DNA of 64,000 nt, from positions 6,402-70,401 of the forward strand of contig JBHGNT010000133.1 in the NCBI GenBank assembly GCA_043228905.1. The letters run 5' to 3'. The notes under the pieces are model-generated. The model saw only the letters and a program-made list of their open reading frames with translations. It had not been told where the DNA came from and made no database searches. This document shows positions 15,375 to 29,200 of the stretch, in pieces; position 1 is the stretch's first letter; each line of letters starts with the position of its first letter. The position numbers and the translations under genes were made by a program. The DNA is from Azolla caroliniana. Its lineage: Eukaryota; Plantae; Polypodiophyta.

Positions 15375-16926
15375 TGTTAAGATAAAGAGATACAATAACG
15401 AGCTTACTTGGAGGACTTGACACTGGTGTTGTACCCGAACGTTTGACAAAAGTGAAGGGCTTCATAATATACTAGGTTGTGGAGCATTCTAGGGTTTTCT
15501 AGAATGTTTCGGGAAGTTCCAAAATGTTCTAGGGTTCTATCCACATTCGATCATTTAGATCATAACCCAACCAATCCCCCAAATAACATAGTTTATTGCA
15601 TAGGATCTTGGAATTGAGAACCGTTGCAACTTCATATTCAGGACCATTAGCAAGTCAAAAAGGAGGTGGCAGTGGTATCATACGATTTGGAATAGTATTT
15701 GTGGCACAAGGTTCGAGAAGGGAACAATGAAATACTAAGTGAAGTCGCATATGGGAAGGGAGATTGAGACGGTGTCGTGATGATTCACGGCCATAGTGAG
15801 AAAACCGGGGCTATTGGGAATATCAGCAGGGTGCGACGTGAACACTCACCCTTGTATAAACATGTAAGATAATCGGGGCGCCTTTATGGCGCCTAACAGG
15901 AGTTAATTCGAGACAAATAATCTCATGTAAAGCAGGATTTATCCCACATTGTTACGCATCCCTCTCCTTGTTCTATAAAAGGGAGGGAGTGTCCCTTGTA
16001 AAAGGGTTCCCCATTGTGGGTTCCTTCATAATAGTATTGTTTCTCCTCTTGTGATGGCTTTCTTCCTTTCTATCCCTCGAAGTAGGTTTTTGTTTCTTTT
16101 TCTGTTTCCTGCTAGGGTTTTGTTTGTTGTGCGTGAGCAAATGCGTGTGTTCATTGCAGCTGACAGTACGCGGACTATCTTCTCTCTCTCTTTCTCTCTG
16201 TTTGGTTGCTTCTCCACCCCGCGTCTCTCTATGTGGGTGTCCTTGTTGTCCCGCGTTGTTGCTCAGGTTGAGCCCGTGTGCTAGAAGGTTTTGTGTAGAA
16301 AACCCCTCTCTGCCGTGCAAGACCCCACTCGCGATGGCGAGCCTGTGTGCTCCCGATTGGCGGCTTGGCGACGAGAGGCCGTTGTTCAGACTGTGTGGAG
16401 CCGGCTTTGAGTCGAACGCCGCGTACGTATGTGGGTGTGTGTGTTCTCGGGAGGCAGTGTAGGTCCCAGAGGTCTTGCTTGCGGGTGCGCGTAGTGAGCC
16501 GGTGTAGGGGTGTCGGTCGTAACCGGTGTATATATGTGTGCGCGCGGGAGTGGTTAACCGGGCCGTGGCCCGTGCTTCTTTTGAGGCCCTTCTACATATG
16601 GGCAGGAGGGTCGTGCAAATAAGCGCGCCCTCTTCTTTCAAGAGTCTGAGTCGCTTCTGGAACGCATCTAGAACCGTCTAGATCGGTCGTTCCCAAACAC
16701 CATCCGGAACCGATCCGACCGGCAACGCGACAGGCTCTGGAGGAATCGGCCTTCTGGTTACTCCTCCCCTCCTGATCCATGACCTCGGTGGTCCTGCCCG
16801 GATCCGACATGCAAGCGCGGGATTCCACGACAACGGAAAGACGCCTCACTAATTTTGAATGAGTTCCTAAATGGTCCTAATTGTTGATAATCGAGTTTAT
16901 CACAAGTTCGTTCTCATGTGTCGACA
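15375..16926. mobile_element. Old LTR-like repeat that hosts the solo LTR at 15773-16832
   Basis: Ends TGTTAA...TCGACA, compatible with a CpG-decayed TGTCGA inverted terminus. Shares the ttctagggttttcta.aatgtt block with 20570-20710. TSD not clean. Confidence 0.4.
15773..16832 (+). mobile_element. Solo LTR (1060 bp) of the TGTCG...CGACA clade, 4-bp TSD ACGG
   Basis: Starts TGTCGTGA and ends CCACGACA; ACGG at 15769-15772 and 16833-16836; TATA-like CTATAAAAGGG at 15973. The 3' motif ctcct.gatccatgacctcggtggtcctgccc matches the U5 of the elements at 20972 and 31509. Confidence 0.85.
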
Positions 16927-17725
16927 TAATAACCATACATGATCGTCAATGTGAAACATATGTTGAAATCTGGTTATTTGGTGTATTATTACGTCATTAG
17001 CTCTTTGGATAATATGGAAAGCGAGATGTGATGCCATTTTTGATAATGCTCACATACCTCTCCGCACCATGCTTATTGAATTCTGGCTATTATTTGTCCA
17101 TACACTATGTGATCAATATGATGATCAACAGGGTTCAGTTGATGTTCTATGGCAACGTCAAGTGGCCTTTAAGAAACGATGGCAATGACTTCACTTATTT
17201 TGCAATACAACTTTTGGTCCGAGGTGGAATTATGCCATACCTTCTTTTTTCTTTTTTTTTCCATAAAAATATGCTCCATTGGTATTAATAAAAAGCCAAA
17301 GGCAATATACAAATAGTACATAATACTGTTTCCTCTACACAAATACATATTATAAAAAAACTACATTGTTGCCAATAACACCTTTGCTAGTAGAGCACAT
17401 TTTTGCCATACCTTCTTTTTTGTTGCATAGCTCATAGTTTTTGCTCCACTCGTTTCTTATATGATATCATCAATTTGATTAGATGTTTGTATTAGCCCTT
17501 GTATCACAAAGACGTTCGCGTTTAGAAGTGGAAGGATCACACATTACATTATTAGATTCCTTTTATACTTTGCGATTTTAGGCAATTTTCAGAAAGTTGG
17601 TACACCAGTATCACATGTCGTAAATAACATATAAAGTTTGCTACTTTTTTGAGACTTAACAAGTGTCAAAATGATCATTTCTCACAATTCAGTACTTAGT
17701 ACCGAATTCAAGTTTCGAATTGTGA

Positions 17726-17841
17726 TGTTTTCATCAATATCGAATTCAGGTTTAAAGTTTTTCTTTTCCGAAAAAGAAAAATTGAATAAAATAAAAACTT
17801 TGAACCTGAATTCGATACTAAGAATCCAATTGTGATGAAAA
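17726..17841. repeat. Inverted repeat / probable MITE relic
   Basis: Arms 17738-17762 and 17793-17817 are reverse complements with 1 mismatch in 25 bp; outer pair tgttttcatca / tgatgaaaaca. Confidence 0.6.
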
Positions 17842-18599
17842 CACTTTGAACCTGAGTATCGAATTGTATTGCAATCTAAATTGTACTAAAATATCTGTTT
17901 TTAGAATAATTGTATCGATGGTAATCATTGTGTATGACTTTACATTGACAAAAGTTGGATGATTAAGGATGTCAACGATAGAAATAATAAAAGAGAAATT
18001 ATCAAGTCTAGAAGGTGTCTCAGATTGAAGGTGAACAAGATTTAGTGCATATAATTTGGGGACACCATCTGGTTTTAGATGAAGACAATGCTTTGGTTGG
18101 TACATTTGAAAATGAGGAGGAAGAGTCATAATTGTATATTAGCTATTTTGTGCAACGATATGTATCAGATTTAGACAACATTTTATTTAATGATATACAA
18201 AAGTTGATTGTTTTGAAATCTTTTGCTTTTGCTTTTTTTAAGATCTAAAAAATTATTAGTTGTCATCTTTCCTTTAAAATACACAAAGTTACTTTTTGTA
18301 TTTGGCAAAATTTTGACATTTTCCAGTTTTAGCAAATGGTGAAATTTTTAGCTTTTTCATCAAGTTTTTGAGAACATGTGATACTGGTATCAAGGTGTTT
18401 TGTGAAATGGCAAAAAACGCCCTAAAATCAGACGGAATATTCCTTATCCTTCCATTTGTGCACGATCCTTCCACTTGTGAACGAACGTGTTCACAATAGA
18501 AGTGAGATGAAATGTCTCCTTCTGTTTTTTCTATGTACATTTCTCAAGTAATATACTAAGGTATATCTTTCTTAAAAAAACAACGATGATCTACAATGC

Positions 18600-20520
18600 T
18601 TTTGTGGGATGCTATCACTTATTGTAAATGACTTGACACCTCTGCTTGACATTGTTGCAGTTGAGATAACTGATCTTCCACACTTGGATTTATAGAAACT
18701 CTAGGAAGCTCCAAGAAAGACCATTGAGGAAGATAACCACTATAATATGCGAAAAATGGGTGTGACCTTAGTAGAGGAATGGACTGAATTACTACATACA
18801 AACTCAATGAAATGCAAAATATTAGTCCAATCATCTTGTTGGTAGCTAATGAAACAACAAAGATATTGTTCCAATGTTTGATTAGTGTGTTTGGTTTTAT
18901 CATCAATTTGTGGATGATAGAACAGAGTTTGCAAGAGATAGGGAGTAACGACAATATATGGCACCAAAACCTAGACACAATTGAGACCCATGGTCACTAA
19001 TAATGTTGTCTAGGAAGCCATGATGTCAAAAAACTTCTTTCATAACAAGATTAGTTGTTTCTTTGCAACTAATTCTCTTAATACATGGTATAAAATGTGC
19101 CATCTTCGTAGTCGATCAACTATTGTTAGAATAGCATCAAAACCTTTAGAAAGTGGCAAATTTGTAATAAAATATAAGGAAATAGATTGCCAAGGTCGTT
19201 TGGGAATTGGATGCAACAATCCATAAGGGAAATGGCAAGGTATCTTTGTCCGACAACAAGTGTCACATACACGGATGTAATCTTCCACAAAATTACGGAT
19301 CCGAGGCCACCAAAATGATCGAGTAACTAATTCTAAATGTTTTATGGATCCTGAAATGTCTAGCCATATAAGTATCGTGACAGAGCTCTAAGATTTTGAA
19401 ATGAGTAGACTCATCTAGGACATATAAAAGTTCATTCTAGTGTAAGCTTCCGTCATGCCACTTGAACGTCTTATAATCTATATGAAGTTGTGCTGAAAGT
19501 TGTGATGTAGTGCATTCAGGATGATACGATCTAATATTTCTTGAGCAAAAATATTTGAATGAATAATGCCAATGTTATTTTCAAGAAGCAAATGCATTTT
19601 AAAAGGTTATGGGGTTCAATGCACATTTTTAGGGAAGATGGATATCCCATAATATGAATGTATATTGTTCCTATCATTTTGGGAAACAATGTCTACTAAC
19701 TTTGTTTATGAACTCTGTTGCTACAGATGTTGGTGGTATAGGTTACATTGCATGCTCAGTTGCAGTTAGCGAGGAATATACCATAAAAATTAGGGAGATT
19801 TGGTGGACAAATATGTGTAGTTCTTGTATATACACATCAAAGCGGCCATGATGTGAGCACAATGGAGTCAGTTGGTATACTCCTTTATCCAACACAACAT
19901 TTGTATTTCTTATGATTTTATAATACCAAGGAGTATTTCTTATGATTTTATAACTATGACATGAGAGGGTTTGTTTCTGAATAGAGCTACTTTCGTTGTT
20001 GCCTATGGATATGGATACCTGTCACGGACACACCATGACAATACCTTGCAATGTGTCTAGGGAATAGATTATAATTGCTGGATTGTTTTCTCTATGTTGA
20101 GTACATAGATTTATTTCCTTAACCATTGTCTACACAAGACGGGTTTGGGAGAAAATACTTTGTATGATGTAACCGTTATGACCTTTCTTTATAACTAATG
20201 GAAGGATAATTTGTTTTGAAAAAAAAATACCAAGGCATATCTCTTTAGGGAGAAAAAAATCATCTAAATGAATATCATGTGATATGATGTTTAAGTATTT
20301 TTGTATCTAATGGGATAACTGAGACTTAAGTTGTGTGTAATCATGTAGACCCCAAAAGAGCTTATGTTTTATTATCAAAGGCCGACTCACCAAGACGAGG
20401 AGTGAGATATGAATGTCGAGATAAAGCATTTGCTTCTCCCTGTAAAGCTCATTGCCAATATATAATTTTCAGATTGAATCGAATGAGAAACTATGCCCAA
20501 CGAGCTTGTCGCTACTAGGG
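18600..20520 (-). mobile_element. Degenerate Ty3/Gypsy pol relic (RNase H and integrase)
   Basis: RRQARWA...ANALSR-like stretch at ~20420-20515; CDTCCRTKIPCHFPYGLLHPIPKRPWQSISLYFITNLPLSKGFDAILTIVDRL (19040-19288); TNQTLEQYL...WTNILHFIEF (18740-18967). Frameshifted. Confidence 0.8.
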
Positions 20521-21374
20521 AAATCCTTGTTAATTTCTTTTCCTCTGCTTAGTGATATGTTTACTTTGAAAATAATTGGTTCGACAAGAATGACCGAACT
20601 TCATTATATAGTGGGTTGTTGAGAATTCTAGGGTTTTCTACAATGTTCCAGGAATATTAAAAGTTTTAGAATGTTTCTAGGAAGTTCTAGAACGTTCTAG
20701 GGTCTACCATCATAAGATTATGTTACAATATGATAATTATGACTACAAGATGGTTTAATGGTTAAGTCCTTAGCATTTGTACACATACTAAACAAGTTTA
20801 AGCCTTGTCATTACATGGTGGTCATCACACAATCATACATACATCAAGAAAGAATAGATAATCGAGCCAATGTGACTAAAAGCAAAGTAGGGTCAATGAT
20901 GAACTCAAAATGGTGGGGTCCAACGTATGGAACATCTATATCAAAAATACGGAGGTGATTGTGAGTGACGTTGTCGCGAAGATGCACGTGTGTGCGTTCT
21001 TCGTACGAGCGGGACCACCGGGGCCATAGACTGAGGAGATTGAAGAGGTGAGGAAGTGGGACATTAAGACGACGATGCGTATGTATGAATCAGGAAACCA
21101 ATATCACATTTAAAAAGAATAAATAGTTTTATACTCAAGAAGAAGATAAATTAGAAGAAGATTATTAAGAAGAAGATTATATTGATGGTGATGATGATGG
21201 TGATATCACATATTGAGCCCCCTTACCCAAGCCCAATAAGAGGCTTTTATAGGCCTCTCCATGCTCGGGACATGCATAAAACCATGGGCTAAAACCATGG
21301 TTTTGTGCACGTGGTTTTTTACATTTGTTTCCTATCGAATACTATAATAGGAAAATATAGAAAGTTTACAACAC

Positions 21375-21448
21375 TTGGTAGTAGCTTTAGTGTTAAGTTA
21401 ATTGCCTCCTATCTTGGAGGTGTAAGGTTCAAATCTTACTTGCACCTC
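21375..21448 (+). promoter_or_regulatory. tRNA-like Pol III A/B-box module in the 3' LTR of element A (second copy at 24091-24164)
   Basis: TAGCTTTAGTG(G/T)TAA followed by GGTTCAAATC at tRNA-like spacing (~45 nt); GTAAG/CTTAC stem around the B box; T-runs downstream. Confidence 0.55.
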
Positions 21449-21576
21449 TTTATATGCACTCAATGCTATTAGGCCCTAATATTATTTATTATTTATGTAT
21501 TTTCATTTTTACAAGTATTTGTGTAATGTGCATGTATCCTCAATTTTTCACTTTTTATCGCATTAAACGCGCCACA

Positions 21577-23706
21577 TCACGACATCCACCCCACCAAACC
21601 GCACATCCTCCAGCATGTGCCAAGAAGGAAAAGAGTGATGTGGTGGGGCCAAAGCTTGTCAACCTTTGATTTGCTCCTTTCTTGTGCCTTGCCCGCAATG
21701 TCTTTGTTCCTCCATTTTGAGCTCGTCCATTCCTTCCAGCCGAACCATCGTCGGCATCTGATCCACCATATCGTTCTCTCGCACTTCGCAATGCTATGAC
21801 CGGTTGTCATGGCCCCCTTCGCCCCTCCTGAGCATAACCTTTCACAATTTGTATATGTGCCAACTTCATCCCGTCTATCTCCTTGGTCTAGAAACTTTTA
21901 TCCTTCATTCTTTCTCGTCCCCCGCTTGCCTTCACAAGACCTCATTCGAATGTCGATGCTGACTACCCGTCGTAGTCCCTTCAAGCGCATGCTCACCTTG
22001 GGGTCTCTAAGAGACCATATTGCATGCCTCTCTTTCTTCCATTCGTTGTGGTAAACTCTCACGTTTGAGTTGACCATCGTACCCTCATGTTAGAAGACAT
22101 GATCACTTTCCGAGGTACACCTTTCAAATCCTCTTGGCTTGCTTGACAGTCATTGTTCATTGTCACACTTTCTTCGGCGTCTTTGTTGTGCACATCCACT
22201 TTCGTCATTGTGCTTCGTTTGGTTTCTTCATCGCACACACCGGCTTCATCCTTCGCTTCCTCGCAACCACCTTCCATGTTTTCGGTCTCATGTTGGCCAT
22301 CTCGGACGCAACTGCCGAAGTCTCTGGAAAAAGTGTGGAGTAATCTTCTCCATGGTCCTTGCTCGCTCTTGCCATCTTCAGGCCGATGGCATTGTCTGTG
22401 GCTATGTTCCCATCATGTGCATACGCTCCAACCTTCGCTTCCTCGTTGTCACCTTCCGTCTCTTGGGTCTCACGTTGATTCTCGGATGCAACTGCCCAAG
22501 TCTCTAGAACAAGTGTGCAGGATTCCATACGTCTTTGGTCGATCACCTTTGCCATGTTGCCCATAGCCACCTCCTTGATGTCGTTTTCAATGGCTACCTC
22601 CTTAATCATGTGGGCCTCGCACTCTTTATCCTCCTTGATCATGCAAGCTTCTATTAGGCTTGCTCCTTCACCACCCAACGCATGTTCTGAAACATTCTTC
22701 CTCCCTTGGAGCGGCGTTCACTGTCCTCGATTCATTGGTTTCATCCTTCTCCGTTGTTTCTTTGCAAGATAAGAAGGCGACTTGTTTCACACTTTCTCTT
22801 GTGGTATCATCATACCGAACTTGAGCCTTCGAATCCACCACTTCATTAATCTGCATTTGTTGAGAGGTCTCTTCTTCCTCAATCATTGTTCGCCTCAATT
22901 TTTGTCCCTTTTGAAGCTTCTCTTCAACCTCAACTTGCGCCTTTAAGTTCTTGAATGCCTCTCTCATAAAGACTTCTATGTCGAGTATCGTCAAACCTTC
23001 CCTCTTCGAGCTTTCTTCCTTCGGTGGTGGCATGTTGCTGCATCCTGTCCTCCTTCGATTGTCCCTCATCGGCCGTGACATTGTCGACAAGATTCCTATC
23101 CTCCTCTTGTCATGTCGTTGGCATACCCTTTTCACTTCGGTCCAATTTTCAGTGAGGCCATTCGCACCATCGTCATCCTCGAGTTGGATTCCAATGGCCT
23201 TCCTTTCCTTCCAATAAATCAACTTTACGAACATTAAGACTTTATTCGCACCCACCAAAAAGTTGATCCTACTTCGAGAGTTGAGCGAACCGACACTCAA
23301 ACTCAACAAATACATGCATAACACTCTGGTGGGTCTTCCTCGATGACACCCATTGGTCAAACTCGTATAGACCTTGTCCCTTTGGCTCTTCATAACCATA
23401 CGCCTCTCGTAAAGCTTCTTCGAAGGACACCCACGAATCATGAGCTTTTTGAAGCTCTTTCATCTCTTCATAGATTGGTTCAGCCACCACTCGACAAAAG
23501 TACTCCAGCCTCATTGCTTCGTTCACACCTCTTGAATTCGTTTCGTCATTGTAGGCTTCTAGAAAATTTTGGGACTTTGCCCCCATCGAAACAACTAACT
23601 CGCTCGACCACGCTTTCAATCGCTTGTTGGGCCGCATCTCGTCTTTTGAAAATTCCATTATCATCTTTGACATTGCCTCCATCAGATATTCCTCGTCCAT
23701 CTTCAT
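21577..23706 (-). pseudogene. Frameshifted Gag-like ORF of element A, homologous to the 1417-aa ORF of element B
   Basis: FLEAYNDETNSRGVNEAMRLEYFCRVVAEPIYEEMKELQKAHDSWVSFEEALREAYG and GANKVLMFVK...LEDDDGANGLTENWTEVKRVCQRH align with the N-terminus of 32199-36452. C-terminal CRRWF / WTSSKW / GTCWRMCG also align. Confidence 0.85.
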
Positions 23707-25850
23707 CCTCCCTTGCCGCTCTTCACGTCGGCTTCACCAAAAGATGTCGCAAAGATGCGCATGCATGTGTGCTTCGTACGAGCAGGACCACGGACCGGGG
23801 AGACTGAAGAGGTGAGGAAGTGGGAGATTAAGACAACGATGCGTATGGACAAGTCAGGAAACCAATATCACATTTGAAAAGAACAAATAGTTTTATACAA
23901 ATAGATTATATTGATGGTGATGATGATGGTGATATCACATATTGAGCCCCCTTACCCAAGCCCAATAAGAGGCTTTTATAGACCTCTCCATGCTCGGGAC
24001 ATGCATAAAACCATGGTTTTGTGCACACTGTTTTTTACATTTGTTTCCTATGAAGTACTATAATAGGAAAATATAGAAAATTTAAAGCACTTAGTAGTAG
24101 CTTTAGTGGTAAGTTAATTGCCTCTTATCTTGGAGGTGTAAGGTTCAAATCTTACTTGCACCTCTCTATATGCCATTATGCCCTAGTCTTATTTATTATT
24201 TATTTATTTTCATTTTTACAAGTATTTGTGTAATGTGCATGTATCCTCAATTTTTCACTTTTTCTCGCATTAAACACGCCACATCACGACAACGTTATAT
24301 TAGTAAACAAGTTCAAGCCTTGCCATTGCATGGTGGTCATCACACATTCATACATACATCAAGAAAGAATAGATCATCAAGCCAATGTGACTAAAAGCAA
24401 GGTAGGGGAACTCAAAATGGTGGGGTCCAATGTATGGAACATCTATATCAAGAATATGGAGGTGATTGTGAGTGATGTTATATTAGTTTGCTCAAGATGG
24501 CAAGGTTTGAGAGAGCATGCAAATAAAACACAAAAGCGAAAACCCACCTCTTTTCTGTAGTCTAAAATTGGACAAGCCCAATGATGAGGGAGAGGATAGA
24601 AAGTGGGGTGGGTGAGGCGTCAGGCCAGTGGGCAAAATAATGAAATTGGGGCATGTCAGTGAAGAATGGGATGCCCCAAGGTTGTTGACCACCTAAAAGC
24701 TCAAGGAGAGGGTTGGTGATGAAGTTGACCCAACTTGGTTCCTATGGGGGGAACCAAGTCCAATTGGGATAAAGGAACATATTGAAAGTGGAGGTTGTAT
24801 GGAAACTAAAAGTGTTCAAGTAAGCGGTCATAGAAATGGTTGGCTTTGAAATGTTGGATTAATTAAGCAAGTCATGTGGTGGCCATTGGTGTCAAGAGCT
24901 GGTGAATTGATGGAGGATATTGTGTGAGAGAGGGTACATCATCGAGAGAATTTTCTAAGGAGAGAGTCTATAGTTATGGAGTCTTGTTGATGAAATGTCA
25001 TGATTTGGTAGGGGTGAGATGTTGGATGTTGATGTTCAAAAATGGTAAATTCTTTGTCTTAGAGATTATGGACATCTTGTAGCACCATGATTCAATAAGG
25101 ATCTAGATATTAAAGGGCTAGTTTGTTCAAGGGTTCAAGCATGACAAGGTTAGAACTTTATGGCTTGTTTGGCACATAACATTTAATGTGGCCTTCACGA
25201 ACACGATGAACGAAAACATGTTGAAGTAGGACCCACAATGAGGATCTACTTGATGCATTGATGGTATAATTGTAGTGGTGGGTTGATGGAAAAGAACTTG
25301 GTGCACACATATTTGGTCAAGCCACCAAGTGATATATAGAGGGTGCATGGTTTCTAATGCTAGTCATGGATGGAAAAGAGGAATAAAGTGATCTAATATA
25401 TGGGATAGGATGCTTGGATTAGAGAATGATTGTTGGTTCAACCATTTGTACACTATGTTGGGAGGCAATGCCAAGGATCTAATGGAGGGTATACAATGTG
25501 TAGTGTAGGTCATCTAGGAAGTCCATATAATGCCACCATTTTGTTTCCTTAGGAGAGTTCTCCATGTAACCGAACTGAGATGAGGGATCACTAGGGCATT
25601 ATGAGCGTGGAAATCAGCCCCTTATATGGCCATGTGGACACCTCCTAATGTCTAATTTCATGAACTAAAATGTGATCGAGGGTTGGTCCATGAAGACATG
25701 CATTGCCATCTAACTAGTGTTGAGTTAGTATCTATTAGACAAAATGGTCAACAAGCTCTACATATATCCCCATGATTCGATGCCAAGAAATATTTGTGCG
25801 TGAGTTGGGATAAACATCGGGAACACTGGAGGTGTTGCTCACATGAGTTG

Positions 25851-26236
25851 GGCATATGTGCATCTATGTTTGGAATCACCTTTTGTGAGTAAACTCACAT
25901 GTTGCACATATTGGGTGGCATTAAAAAACTTCCACATTCTTGAAGTTAGCATGAACATGATGGTTATTAATGAGGTTTTCAACCCTCAACACAATAGTTT
26001 TTTGTGAGCCCCACATGACCATGTTGGCGTTTTTAACCCTCAATTTGATGATCAACAATGAGCTCCACATTCTTGTTAACAACATTGCAGAGCATATGTA
26101 CGTATATGTTTGGATTCCCCTTTTGTGAGTAAACTCACACATTGTACATATTTGTCACCATTAAAAAACTTCCACATTCTTGTTAGACGCAATCTTGAAC
26201 ACGATGATTATTAGTGAGATTTTAAACCCTCAACAC
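25851..26236. repeat. Diverged direct duplication, period 240 bp
   Basis: ttttgtgagtaaactcaca ... ttaaaaaacttccacattcttg occurs at 25881 and 26121. Confidence 0.8.
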
Positions 26237-29200
26237 ACCCACAAAAAAAATGAAATTGAAAGGAAGATGCACCTTAGTATATTACTTGAAAAGTTCTACA
26301 TAGGAAAAACATAAGGAGACATTTCATATCACTTACTGAGCCCCACACACAATTGATGTAGATCTCACGGTAGCCCATCCCCTGAAACAAGTTATGATTC
26401 AGTCATGCATTGGGTGCATATGCTCGCGGCTAAACATGGAAAGCAACCCGTTTACACTTGGATCTTGGGCCTCAATGCATTCATTATCTAATGTGTAGGG
26501 TCACTCATGTATGACAATCATTCAAATAGACAAGGCTCAATTGAGGCTCATGTAATGCCTTTGGGAACCTCTTCAAAATAATGTATCCTCAGACAAGATT
26601 GGTGTGAATAATGTATCCTCAGACAAAATAATGTATCCTCATGTATGATAGTGCCAAGTGCTCAATTAGTACACTTCCCAACCACAAATAGTGTTCATAG
26701 CAACCACAAATAGTACATGACATAACCCTAATCCAATCACTTTGTAAGGGGACCCCGCTCAAGTCAATGCCCATACCTCTAATGCTTGAAATCTTGAAAA
26801 TTGACCCATCTGAGGAAGATGTCCCATTGCCTTGATGAAACCTCTCTTGGGATTGTGTGAGCATTAGGTTTGGGGGGTTATACTTAAGTATCAATCAAAC
26901 ATCTCACCTTCAATGATATGGTTTAAGGATACAATGAAAAATCCTTATACAAGTATATATATGGAGAGAAAGAGGGACTCTATTAAAATGGAACATAGTA
27001 CTCATTGTTTCATACAATGTTAAATTGCTTGTCAGATTTGGAGTTACATTTCTCAAATTTGGTGATTTTTATCACGATGTTATTTTCCAAGATAGTGGGT
27101 GTTTGCATAATTCACACAGGTCAACCCTAAATCAGAGATGGAGATCATTTTCCTATTTCTGAGGTATTGGGGATGGCATTATAATTGAGATATGCTCAAT
27201 GCTTTTGTATTTGATGGTATGCATGAAGTAGAAACATATTTGCGAAAGTTGAAGCGATTACAAACGTGACACTTTTCTTTATTGGAACAAGTGGAAATTC
27301 TTTCCTTAGCAAAGTGTTCATCTTGCCTATTGGCAATTCAATATATTCTATTACTCGTGTAGTTAGTGGGTGACCATACTCCATTATGACACCCATTGTA
27401 AGTAGTGTTTTTCACACACATTTATTAATATAATTGTGTGTTTTCACCCAAAAAAAGAGAGAAACATTGTGATGGGTATAAATATAAGATTTCAACCTTT
27501 TTACATGTCCCCAACTCAAAAAGGGGCATCATTGTAATTAAGTTTAATAAGGATGAACTATTAAGGTGAAATTAAGAACTATAAAAGTCATTGTGTAGTT
27601 AAGTATGAATTCTTACATTGTATGCTTAATTAAGTCATAGAGTACAATTAGAGTTCTCTTTAGTAATTAGTTTACACATGACTAGCTCGAGAGACATTGA
27701 CACTGATTTTCACATGTCTTGCCTACAAAAGGGTAGATAGTAGTATGTCTCTACACATCGACCTCGAGATGGTTCTAAGATAAACACTTGAATCAAAAGC
27801 AACCTTTGATATAAACACTTGAATCAAAAGCAACCTTTGATAAGGATACTAAAAGACGTTGGAGTATCCCAATGTCTAATAGGTGACATGACCTCTTTCT
27901 CAGGCAAACTTTAATGCAAGTAAATGATGGGATATAACCAAATACATATAAGCCCAAGGAAATGAGCATCTTACACTATGATATGACGCATACACAAATA
28001 TCTACAAAGGACTTCCACCATTCATCATCCAATGCACCAGCTTCACATGACTCCTTTGAGTAGGACATGCCCATCCGTGTCTCTTAGGCATGTATATATT
28101 CTCCCTACTTGAGAATTTCATGAGTCAAATGGTTTGTCCTCCTCATTACTACTAATGAAAATTTGGGTCCCACTAGCCTTTAGAGGACAATAATCTCTCT
28201 CTCTCTCTCTCTCATGTTTATAAATTAACTTCACATCATAATTGTTGAAGAAACAAGCCTCCATCAATGGAAGTTGTCACCAAAATTAAATTTGTAGTTG
28301 CATAATCAATTTATCATTCAAGTTAAAAATTAGTAGAATTTTGTCTTGCCAACAAATTTTTTGGGATAAACGAGCATTATTGGCTCTCACAAACCATGAC
28401 CAACATAGATGTCCAAGGATTCATCGTTGGCTCTTTTTTTTCTAGATTCATGGCCCCACCACTTAACATCATTTTTCTAGCCTTGAAAGTGGCTTGGGGT
28501 TTTGTTGGTGCCACCAATCCTCATAAAAGAAACACTTTCGAGATCCCTGTTTCTAGATACATTTTATGATGATGTTATTGTTGAGCCATATTGTCTTTGA
28601 TGGTGTTGGAGGAACAAATATGAGAGGTTGAAGTTTGAATCATTTATAATGTCATGGCCATGAGTAGGTCATCATAAATAAGAATTAGAAATATGATGAA
28701 TGAAAAATAATTATAAATGACATTATAAACTTGTGATATTAATTCATCTTGAAAGTTTGGTTGGTCAATAGTTTATTACTAGTCAATTTTCTTTACCACT
28801 TAAGTAAAGAGCATCTTGACAAAATTAGACGAATCCTCTTCCTTTATGTTGATCTAAACTCTCATAAACTGTTACTAGAGAATAGAAAGTTGGCAAGATT
28901 ACACTATGACATTTATGGCAGCCATGCTTTCTTATGTATTGATCAAGTGCTAATCCCGCACTCGTATGGTATTGTATCTCATTGGTGTACCCCATCTGGT
29001 AAAGGATTTTACACTTATCTATCACATAACTAACATATTAGAAAGAAACACATGGACAAAATGAGGTGTAGTGTTCTATAACTAAAAAATATGAATCTTG
29101 GTGAAATGCTTACTTAGATTATGGCGAACCTAACTTCAAAAATTCAATATATGTTTGGTTATCATTACATGAACTATGACATTTTAAAGTGACATAGGTT

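Larger units (their letters stand above)
20972..24291 (-). mobile_element. Element A: decayed gag-only non-autonomous LTR retrotransposon, 4-bp TSD ACGT
   Basis: LTRs 23745-24291 (5') and 20972-21584 (3') with TGTCG...CGACA ends, differing by substitutions and indels. PBS TGGTGAAGCCGACGTGAA at 23722-23739; PPT-like GGTGGGGTGGA next to the 3' LTR; TSD ACGT at 20968-20971 and 24292-24295; no pol motifs. Confidence 0.9.
20789..24486. repeat. ~190-bp tandem duplication whose first copy is interrupted by element A
   Basis: 20789-20971 plus 24296-24303 aligns with 24304-24486 (taaacaagtt.aagccttg ... gtgagtga[c/t]gttatattag). Confidence 0.85.

Noticed and set aside
15973-16849. 222-aa and neighbouring ORFs
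   Set aside because: They lie inside a GC-rich solo LTR and show no domain features.
21375-21448. Bona fide tRNA gene
   Set aside because: No convincing acceptor stem and it sits within an LTR; treated as tRNA-derived only.
27781-27842. Short tandem duplications here and at ~47413-47501
   Set aside because: Ordinary slippage or repair duplications with no further structure.
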